This document shows, piece after piece, positions 9,660 through 18,700 of a DNA stretch of 32,000 nucleotides. How positions within the stretch are numbered: position 1 is the stretch's first letter; each line of letters starts with the position of its first letter. The notes under the pieces are model-generated. The model ran no database searches, was not told where the DNA came from, and worked only from the letters and a program-made list of their open reading frames with translations. This DNA comes from Candidatus Jordarchaeales archaeon (GTDB taxonomy: Archaea > Asgardarchaeota > Jordiarchaeia > Jordiarchaeales > Freyrarchaeaceae). Where the stretch lies: positions 1,064,499 to 1,096,498 of the forward strand of contig JAWAHN010000001.1 in assembly GCA_038889235.1 (NCBI GenBank). Direction: 5' to 3'. Both the position numbers and the translations under genes were made by a program.

Positions 9660-9678
9660 ACCCTGTAAAGGGGGATAA
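9660..9678 (+). other. tRNA-Arg intron 1, position 9/10 (or 8/9), 19 nt
   Basis: ACCCTGTAAAGGGGGATAA must be removed to join the acceptor stem to the D-stem. It contains a CCCT-GTAA-AGGG hairpin but no local BHB central helix. Confidence 0.75.
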
Positions 9679-9708
9679 GCTCAGCTTGGATAGAGCGCCG
9701 GCCTTCGG

Positions 9709-9724
9709 AGCTTATCCCGGAGAA
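9709..9724 (+). other. tRNA-Arg intron 2, canonical 37/38, 16 nt
   Basis: BHB: central helix CTTC/GGAG, bulges GG|A and AA|A. Confidence 0.9.
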
Positions 9725-9746
9725 AGCCGGAGGTCGAGGGTTCAAA

Positions 9747-9768
9747 TCCTATGGAAAAAGGGTGGAAA
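9747..9768 (+). other. tRNA-Arg intron 3, position 59/60, 22 nt
   Basis: BHB: T-stem as outer helix, central helix TTCA/TGGA, bulges AA|T and AA|T, inner helix CCT/GGG. Confidence 0.88.
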
Positions 9769-9868
9769 TCCCTCCAGACCCGCCACATTATCTCCCTCTT
9801 TATTCAGGTAATCTTCAACTCTATTTCTCACCTCTACCCTCCTTAACATGTGATACCATTAGCCAGAA

Positions 9869-10390
9869 GTGGTTGTTATGGTGGTTGGAGGGGTGCTTAG
9901 CGGGCAAGAGATACGAAGGCTGATATCAGAGTGCGGGTTGGTTAAAGAGTATCTAGATTTAGATGTTCAAGTGACCTCTAACGGATTTGACCTCTCTCTT
10001 AAAGAGATTTACTCTTTCAGAAACCCTGGGCGCGTCGATTTCTCAAACGCGAAAAGAGTGCTGTCGGAAGCTGTTAAAGTCGAGCCTGAAAACTCTGTTT
10101 ACTTCTTAAAGCCTGGTGCCTACAAGGTGGTGTATAACGAGGTGCTATGCCTGCCGAATGACATCATAGCTCTCGGTTTTCCTAGGTCCTCTCTTCTGAG
10201 GTGCGGAGTTACTGTGCACTGTGCGGTTTTCGACGCAGGATACTATGGAAGAAGCGAGTCTTTGATGATCGTAGGCAACCCGCATGGTTTCTTTCTGGAA
10301 AAGAATGCGAGAATAGTTCAGCTGGTGTTCTTTAGACTTGAGAAGCCATCAGAAGGCTATAAAGGACAATATCTAGGTGAAAACATTTAA
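9869..10390 (+). CDS. dut: Archaeal dUTPase (Dcd/dUTPase trimeric superfamily)
   Basis: GFDLSL, PRSSLLRCG, VFDAGYYG, ARIVQLVF, YKGQY. It is short and lacks the TLE catalytic motif of dCTP deaminases. Start could be 9878 or 9893. Confidence 0.75.
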   Translation: MVVMVVGGVLSGQEIRRLISECGLVKEYLDLDVQVTSNGFDLSLKEIYSFRNPGRVDFSNAKRVLSEAVKVEPENSVYFLKPGAYKVVYNEVLCLPNDIIALGFPRSSLLRCGVTVHCAVFDAGYYGRSESLMIVGNPHGFFLEKNARIVQLVFFRLEKPSEGYKGQYLGENI

Positions 10391-10476
10391 CTAGCTTTAA
10401 ACGAATAAAAAAATCGAAATTACGCGCTCTATTTTCAACATTCTTGTGAAAAGTGCCTCTCGGTGGTGAAGTGTTT

Positions 10477-11220
10477 TTGAGCAGAAAGCCACACATGTTA
10501 GACATTCAGAGACGTATAGAAGCTGTCGAACTCCTTAAACTCATGAAAGAACGCTACACTTACAAGGAACTTTGCGAAATCACAGGTCTTCCAGCAACCG
10601 TGCTTAACAGATACGTTAAAGGTCACGTGCTTCCCAGCAGAAGCAGAGCCGAGGAACTCTTTAGCGTTTTCTCAAGAACAATCAACCTTAAAGAAGAGGT
10701 CATGGCACGGATAAAATTTGACGAGGGAGGATATTTCGACAACACTGCACTAATAAGTGATACGCTTCTGCTGAGATTAATAGCAAAAAGAGTCGCCAAA
10801 GTTTTTGCAGACAGAGAAGTCACTGCAGTTCTCACAGCAGCAGTTGACGGGATCCCCATAGCTGTTCATGTCGCAAACGTGCTTGACGCCAGGGTAGCCG
10901 TTGCTAAACGAGAGCGGGAGATCGGCGTTAAAAAATTTCTCGAAGAAAGCTACACCCCTTCGTTCTCAGGCATAGTTATGAGTCTCTATCTTCCCCAAAA
11001 CGCTTTATCAAGTAAAGACAACGTCCTCATAGTAGATGACGTAGTCAGAACTGGAGAAACTCAGAAGGCTTTAATCTCCCTAGTAGAGAAAGCCAGAGGA
11101 AAACTTGTAGGAGCCTTCTTCCTAATAGCAATAGGCAATGCCTGGATTAAACACGTAAACCTGCCTAGTGACTGCAAGCTCGAAGTTCTAGTAAATCTTG
11201 CAGAACCCAAAAATGAGTAG
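10477..11220 (+). CDS. N-terminal HTH + type I phosphoribosyltransferase (PurR/Apt-like regulator or PRTase)
   Basis: TYKELCEITGLPATVLNRYVKGHVLPS HTH; VLTAAVDGIPIA; PRPP loop VLIVDDVVRTGET. Confidence 0.8.
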   Translation: MSRKPHMLDIQRRIEAVELLKLMKERYTYKELCEITGLPATVLNRYVKGHVLPSRSRAEELFSVFSRTINLKEEVMARIKFDEGGYFDNTALISDTLLLRLIAKRVAKVFADREVTAVLTAAVDGIPIAVHVANVLDARVAVAKREREIGVKKFLEESYTPSFSGIVMSLYLPQNALSSKDNVLIVDDVVRTGETQKALISLVEKARGKLVGAFFLIAIGNAWIKHVNLPSDCKLEVLVNLAEPKNE

Positions 11221-11229
11221 CCTCTTTCC

Positions 11230-12024
11230 CTATTTACCCCGCAATATGCTACATATCTTCTCATGAAGGACTCTATTCCCTGCAGCTATTATGCTCCATC
11301 GCTCGCTCAAATCTATCTTGCCTTTAATCTCTTTTCCATTCTCGTCCGTTATGATTCCTCCCGCCTCCTCTAGAATGACCTTTGCGCCCAGAAAACTCTC
11401 ACAGGTTAGCACACCTCTTATGTCGACAAACGCATCGAGCCCTCCGTGAGCCACATAAGATATCTCCAGGGCGTTAGTCCCTATCTTCCTAATCTTCTTC
11501 ACGGATTTTATTAACGGGAGAACCTTGTCCAGCATGTTTTTATCGGGGAAGTCTAAATCAACTCCTATTACTGCCTCACGCGGCTCCATAACACTAGATA
11601 CTCTAATGCGTTTACCGTTTAGGAACGCCCCCACTCCTCTAACTCCCACATATATGTCCCCAGAAATCAAATTTTTAACCATACCTATATTCACTTTCTC
11701 AATGTACGGCTCATCTGCCACAGCAATAGAGACGGAGCAAACTCCAATCTTCCTAAGGAAGTTCGTTGAACCGTCAACAGGATCCAGTATGAAGAAAGGT
11801 CCTTCTCCCCTTATCTCCCCCTCTTCCTCAGCAAAGAAGGCAGCGTTCGGTAAGCGTTCCTTAATTTCATTAATAAGAAATTTTTCAGCTGTTATGTCGA
11901 ACGCCCTAGTTTCATCACCTTTAACGTTAAAACCTAAAAGGCCCCCCTCATCCCGCCACTCACTTAGCAACTTTTCCCTAAGTCTCTCTAAAATATCATC
12001 GAGGAAAATTACAAGTTCTTCCAC
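11230..12024 (-). CDS. Inositol monophosphatase / bifunctional FBPase-IMPase family
   Basis: FFAEE, ILDPVDGSTNF, RKIGTNALEISYVAHGGLDAFVD, ILEEAGGIITD. Confidence 0.9.
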   Translation of the reverse strand: MEELVIFLDDILERLREKLLSEWRDEGGLLGFNVKGDETRAFDITAEKFLINEIKERLPNAAFFAEEEGEIRGEGPFFILDPVDGSTNFLRKIGVCSVSIAVADEPYIEKVNIGMVKNLISGDIYVGVRGVGAFLNGKRIRVSSVMEPREAVIGVDLDFPDKNMLDKVLPLIKSVKKIRKIGTNALEISYVAHGGLDAFVDIRGVLTCESFLGAKVILEEAGGIITDENGKEIKGKIDLSERWSIIAAGNRVLHEKICSILRGK

Positions 12025-12110
12025 CTACAATCGCCTCCAGCAAGGGAAAGTCAAAGTTTTTCAAACAAGTTTTGGAGGGTTGTTTCTCAGAGAATAATTT
12101 GGTGATGTCT

Positions 12111-12551
12111 TTAACTGATTATGATGTCTTCTATCCCGAAGTGTCTGCGCACAAGCAACCGCGCTTTGGCTATTGTACGTCCGTTTTTTCCTATTGCTAA
12201 TCCTTTATCCTTCGGGTCAACATTAACTATAGCTACCTTTTTCCCATCTTTCTTTTCAGCAATGTATACAGACTTTACCTTCGCGGGAGCCAACACGTTT
12301 TGGATGAAGTTAACCGGCGAATCTGAATACTCAACGACCTCAACTTGTTTCCCAAGTATGCTTCGAACTTTCTTTATGTTCGCGCCGCGCTTCCCTATAG
12401 CCAACCCAAGGTTGCCCTGCTTAATTACAAATATCAACCGTCCATCCTCGTTATCCACTACACAGTCCTTAGCGGTGGCTCCAGTTAGTGTTTCGAACAG
12501 CGCAATATACCTCATTTCCTCAGCAGTTAATTTAACACCCTGACCGGCCAC
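12111..12551 (-). CDS. nusA: Archaeal NusA (KH domains)
   Basis: EEMRYIALFETLTGA, GLAIGKRGANIKK, VEVVEYS, KGLAIGKNG. Confidence 0.95.
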   Translation of the reverse strand: MAGQGVKLTAEEMRYIALFETLTGATAKDCVVDNEDGRLIFVIKQGNLGLAIGKRGANIKKVRSILGKQVEVVEYSDSPVNFIQNVLAPAKVKSVYIAEKKDGKKVAIVNVDPKDKGLAIGKNGRTIAKARLLVRRHFGIEDIIIS

Positions 12552-12555
12552 ACGA

Positions 12556-12858
12556 TCACCCCCTTTCAACTAGTTTTAGGATATCAGAGTCACCTGGATC
12601 GAGAATGGACAAGACGGCTACCATGTGCGGTCTACCACAAAGAGCTCCAAGATCCCAACTTGACCCTGAGTAGACGATGAATGGAACCCCGGTGAGCTTA
12701 CAATAATACATTATTTCTCGCCTTATATCTTCGGGACAGTTTCCAGCTAGAATAACTAGTTTAGGGTTGTCTGTTTTAAGGAGTCGTATGGCTTCTTTAT
12801 ACCCCATTTTAACTTTACCCGACCTAACAGCCACTTGGATGGATCTATTCAAATCCAA
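12556..12858 (-). CDS. rpl30e: 50S ribosomal protein eL30
   Basis: GKVKMGYKEAI, KLVILAGNCP, YSGSSWDLGALCGRPHMVAVLSILDPGDSDIL; GAGGTGAG RBS before TTG 12858. Confidence 0.96.
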   Translation of the reverse strand: MDLNRSIQVAVRSGKVKMGYKEAIRLLKTDNPKLVILAGNCPEDIRREIMYYCKLTGVPFIVYSGSSWDLGALCGRPHMVAVLSILDPGDSDILKLVERG

Positions 12859-12859
12859 A

Positions 12860-14056
<1,197 letters not shown>

Positions 14057-14115
14057 TTACAGCAAAATGAGGCGGAACAAGGGTTAGATTTGACAATGGT
14101 ATATCTTCGTTCAAT

Positions 14116-14133
14116 CGTGAGTTAACACTCACG
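14116..14133. promoter_or_regulatory. Perfect 7-4-7 palindrome (candidate operator) just downstream of the rpoA2 TATA box
   Basis: CGTGAGT-TAAC-ACTCACG. Confidence 0.4.
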
Positions 14134-14134
14134 G

Positions 14135-14149
14135 CTTAAATACCTTTTC
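14135..14149 (-). promoter_or_regulatory. BRE/TATA promoter of rpoA2-rpl30e-nusA
   Basis: Minus strand GAAAAGG-TATTTAAG, with the same TATA as the rps12 promoter. Confidence 0.6.
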
Positions 14150-14542
14150 GTCGCCGCTCGCTCCCTCGACGACCACCATTCCCAGCCCATCCACCTCTTT
14201 TCTCCGTCCATCTGCCGTAAAGACCCCCAAATCTTTTCTGTGCCTTTATGAAGACAGTGACGGAATAGGTAGAATAAAAGCCAAATTGGCCTTAAACTTC
14301 TGGAAAAGTCGACGCAAAACGGCGTTTTTCATGTATCCCTCATTGTCAAAGACAATCTCTCACTTCCGAATCCCTTCGCTTCCTCCACAAACCATTACAA
14401 GAAGGAACAACGCTCTAACCTACACTACCTAATCCAGCTTCACAGAGACTTTTCGCTCCCGCAACTTTTATGTGTACCCCTTGGGACATTTTGCCTAGCT
14501 TTAATATAGTTTTTTTTTGACGAAATGTGGGGGTAATTTGTA

Positions 14543-15763
14543 ATGAAATGGTGTTTTTCTGTGATAGGCGGCGTTCCTGTAGGTGATGGTTATCCTGTTA
14601 GAATAATGGCCATTCTTAACGTGAGTTCCGAGTCTTTCTATAAGGGATCGATTTTTACTGACGAAAAAGAAATCGAATCCTATGCGTTAAAAGTGGAAGA
14701 CGCAGGTGCGTCATTCATCGATGTAGGAGGGGTTTCGTCAGCCCCACCGGAGATTTACGGGCCGAGGCCTCCAGTGTCTGAAGCCGAAGAGTTGGAGCGT
14801 GTCATGCGCGCTATTAGAACGCTTAAAGATGTTACGAGTTTGCCAATCTCCGTGGATACCAGGAGGGCGTCTGTCGCTGAGGCTGCATTAAAAGAAGGCG
14901 CGGAGATAATTAACGATATCAGTGGATTTAAGGAAGACAATAGGATGGCCCATGTCGTAGCCGATTTCGACGCCTCATGTGTCCTCATGGCTACAATAAA
15001 TAAGCCGGGAGATGCCAAAAGCATACCCGAGGTAAGGCGCGCGCTCAAAGAAAGCATAAACTTGGCTTTGGACGCCGGGGTATCTGCGGAAAAAATTCTC
15101 ATAGACCCGGGTATTGGTTTCGGCAAGCCTTACGAGTGCGACTTAGAACTACTGAGAGGTCTTCGCAGGTTAAGAGTCCTTCGCAAACCAGTGTTAATCG
15201 GTGTTTCGAGGAAAAATTTCGTGGGGCGCGTCCTTGGACTGCCAAAACCAGAAGATAGGCTTGTCGGAACGGTGGCCGCTACAGCGGTTGCCGTCTACAA
15301 TGGTGCCGACGTCGTGCGAGCTCATGATGTTGTTGAAGCTAAGCAAGCCGCTCTCGTAGCGCAAGCTATTCTAGGCGAGCGAAACTGTGTCGTAGAGCGG
15401 GGGGACTATTTCGCTATAGACTTGAGCCAAATCATCGAAGACAAAAGCGACGTTGAAGAATTAATGGAGCACGCTGACGTGAGCGAGATGGGTTCCAAAC
15501 TGATGTCTGAAAAAGGAGTTCACCACGTCATTTTTTTAGGAAACATTTCCACATCCGCGGCGCTGGCATTGAAACAACACTTACTCTCGGTCGGTGGTGA
15601 AGCGGCAACTCCTCGTGGAGCAATAGACTTCGAAATTAAAAGGTGTAACTTGCTGATAATGGCAACCCTTAAACAGTTGAAATCCATTATCCCGAAGTTA
15701 CAGATGAACTCCTTTGACCTTCCTACGATAGCGGACCTCCTACTAGAGTTCCTGGAAAAGTGA
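14543..15763 (+). CDS. folP: Dihydropteroate synthase (FolP-like TIM barrel) with an extra C-terminal domain
   Basis: ILNVSSESFY, IDVGG, ISVDT, INDISG, IDPGIGFGK, IGVSRKNF, VRAHDV; about 115-aa C-terminal extension containing ALKQHLLSVGGEAA. Confidence 0.88.
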   Translation: MKWCFSVIGGVPVGDGYPVRIMAILNVSSESFYKGSIFTDEKEIESYALKVEDAGASFIDVGGVSSAPPEIYGPRPPVSEAEELERVMRAIRTLKDVTSLPISVDTRRASVAEAALKEGAEIINDISGFKEDNRMAHVVADFDASCVLMATINKPGDAKSIPEVRRALKESINLALDAGVSAEKILIDPGIGFGKPYECDLELLRGLRRLRVLRKPVLIGVSRKNFVGRVLGLPKPEDRLVGTVAATAVAVYNGADVVRAHDVVEAKQAALVAQAILGERNCVVERGDYFAIDLSQIIEDKSDVEELMEHADVSEMGSKLMSEKGVHHVIFLGNISTSAALALKQHLLSVGGEAATPRGAIDFEIKRCNLLIMATLKQLKSIIPKLQMNSFDLPTIADLLLEFLEK

Positions 15764-15785
15764 CTTGCCGGCGTGGTGGTATTCG

Positions 15786-18700
15786 ATGGGTGACGGGGGT
15801 GAATGGCTTAACAACTACTTCTCATCATTGGAGACAGCTTTCAATATGCTTTACGAGATCGCGAGTAGAGCCAAGGCTAAGGGCTTAGATCCCTCACTTG
15901 AACCAGAAGTCAAGCCGGCCAAAGATATAGCTGCAAGAGTCGAGGGCATGACAGGTCTCGAAGGTATAGGGGACAAAATAAGGGAGCTGCTTGAGGAGGC
16001 TTCAAGAGAGGAGGTCGCTTTCAAGATCGCTGAAGAAGTTGTCTATGGTAGCTTCTGCCAGTTTGTATCGGAAGAAGAGGCCGCCGACAAAGCGCTTAGA
16101 GCAGCACTAGCCATACTAACCGAAAGCGTCACAGCAGCCCCAATAGAGGGCATTGCTGGAGTTAAAATTAAAAGCAATCCAGACGGAACGAGCTACCTTG
16201 CAGTCTACTATGCTGGCCCCATAAGATCCGCTGGTGGGACAGAGCAAGCCGTATCGGTCCTAATAGCCGACTTTATAAGGCGACTCCTTCGCCTTGACAG
16301 ATACAAGCCGTCTGAGGAAGAAGTTGAAAGATACGTTGAAGAAATAGATCTTTACGAGCGTTACGTCGCTCACCTCCAATACCCTTCAACCCCTCAGGAA
16401 GTACGGTTTGCGGTCAGAAACATTCCAATAGAAATTACTGGAGAACCCACGGATCCATTTGAGGTTTCAGGCCACAGGAACTTAGCCCGCGTCGAGACCA
16501 ATCAGCTCAGAGGGGGCGCATTATTAGTACTCAACGACGGTATATTGGGAAAAGCCAAAAAGCTGAAAAAGTTTGTCGAGCGCCTCGGCTTAACAGGGTG
16601 GGAGTGGCTATCCGAGCTTGAGAAATTAAAGGAAGGAGAGGATAAAGCGAAAGAGGAAAAAAAGGAAGAGAAGGGCGTCGCTCCAAACGAGAAATACCTC
16701 TCCGATGTCGTAGCAGGCCGCCCTATTTTAGCCATGCCGTCTACTGCCGGCGCATTTAGGTTGAGGTACGGCCGCTCCCGAAACACTGGACTGGCTGCCG
16801 TGGGAATACACCCAGCCACCATGATACTCCTCGACGGGTTCCTAGCTCCAGGAACGCATATAAGAACAGAGAGGCCCGGAAAAGGTGCCGTCGTAATGCC
16901 CGTAGACAGCATAGAGGGGCCCGTAGTTAGGTTAAGGGACGGTAGCGTGGTGAGAGTCGAGACAGTCCAGGAAGCTATTGAACTAGTGAACGCCAACAAG
17001 GTCGAGAAAATACTGTTCCTCGGCGACATCCTAGTTGGTTTCGGCGAATTTCTCGAAAACAACCACGTTCTCCTTCCGTCTGGTATATGTGAGGAGTGGT
17101 GGGTTCAAGAGGTACGTTTAAAGGTAGACCAGCTTGGTGGACTAGAAAATGCAAGCCGCATATTGGAGTTGAGTGAAGAACGACTGAACTCGTTACTCGA
17201 AAAACCCTTCGAAGTTAAACCCACAGCGCAGGAAGCCGTGAATATAAGTAAAAAGCTGAAAGTCCCCTTACACCCGAAGTACACTTACAACTGGCAAGAC
17301 GTAAACATTCAATCCATCCTAGAACTTAAGGAATTCGTGGAACGTTTTAAAATGGGCTCCATAGTAAGGGCCCCCCTCTCTCAACGTATAAAACAACTTT
17401 TAGAAACTTTGGGAGTCCCGCACAAAGTCGAAGGTGGCGAATTAGTTCTAGGAGAAGAAGAAACCTTCATACTCTCAACGTGCCTAGCAGCGGGGCGAGT
17501 CATAGGGCACAACAGTCTTCTACTTTACTCCTCTAACACACCGAACGATTTCCTTTCAGTTCTCGCAGGATTCCCCATCAAGCCAAAATCGACTGTCTAT
17601 GTAGGCGCGAGAATGGGCAGACCAGAGAAGGCTGACGTGAGAACTCTGAGTCCACCCGTCCACGTCCTTTTCCCTGTCGGGCTCCAGGGAGGGCGTGAGA
17701 GGGATATCGTAAAGGCAGCAGCGAGTGGGACAGTTAAAGTGGAGATTGCAAGAAGGCGCTGCCCTGAATGCGGCGACTACACATTCAACGTTTACTGCAG
17801 AAACTGCAACTGTAGAACAGTCCAAATAATGAGCTGCCCCAAGTGCGGCTTCCCAACGAGTAACAGTAAATGTCCAAGCTGCGGAACCGAGGCAAAACCC
17901 TACTCCAAAACAACAATAGACCTGAAAAGGGAGCTTGAAGCCGCTATGAAAAACCTAGGCATGAGCTCGCCGCCAAAAAGCCTTAAAGGTGTCATAGGGC
18001 TATCTAGCGCTACAAAGCTTCCCGAACCCTTGGAAAAGGGCCTGCTGCGTGCTAAGTACGGATTATACGTTTACAAGGATGGGACGGTTAGATTCGACGC
18101 CACGGACGCACCCTTAACACACTTTACTCCTAGGGAAGTGTCGGTCCCCGTTGAAAAACTAAAACAGTTAGGATACACTCACGACTACAAGGGTGCCCCC
18201 CTAACGAGGGACGACCAAATACTGGAGCTAAAACCGCAGGACATAGTTATACCCTTCAACTGCGCAAGCTACTTCGTTAAGGTTGCCAAGTTCATCGATG
18301 AGCTTCTCACCAAGTTCTACGGGCTGCAACCCTATTATAACGTAGAAAAAGAAGAAGACTTAGTCGGTCACTTAGTCATAGGCCTAGCTCCACACACATC
18401 AGCGGGAATCCTGGGGAGAATAATTGGTTTCACGAGAGCCAGCGTTTGCTTCGCCCATCCTTACTGGCACGCCGCTAAAAGAAGAAATTGCGACGGGGAC
18501 GAAGACGCCATAATGCTAGCCCTAGACGTGCTCCTCAACTTTTCAAAAGCATACATCCCCGACAAGAGAGGTGGAATGATGGACATCCCCCTCATAGTCA
18601 CCGTGTTCCTAAACCCCTCTGAGGTGGATAGTGAAGCGCATAACCTAGACACAGGCTTCATTTACCCACTCGAGTTCTATCATGCGACATACTCCTTTCC

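Larger units (their letters stand above)
9651..9785 (+). tRNA. tRNA-Arg(UCG) with three introns and encoded CCA
   Basis: Removing 9660-9678, 9709-9724 and 9747-9768 gives GGGTCTG TA GCTC AGCTTGGATA GAGC G CCGGC CTTCGGA GCCGG AGGTC GAGGG TTCAAAT CCCTC CAGACCC G CCA: all four stems pair, with A20, C35 and G73 Arg identity elements. Confidence 0.9.

Noticed and set aside
9642-9667. Alternative parse with the tRNA-Arg 5' end at G9642 and an acceptor-stem intron
   Set aside because: Needs a 9-nt intron or a 4-nt exon, and none of the registers I tried gives a BHB cutting at the required sites.
14129-14332. Possible rpoA1 remnant or small gene upstream of rpoA2
   Set aside because: Minus-frame translations give only 28- and 33-codon pieces with no similarity to the RpoA1 C-terminus.
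18460-18510. Intein at the usual DP2 site (KRRN/CDGDED)
   Set aside because: The motif is contiguous and the protein has normal length.
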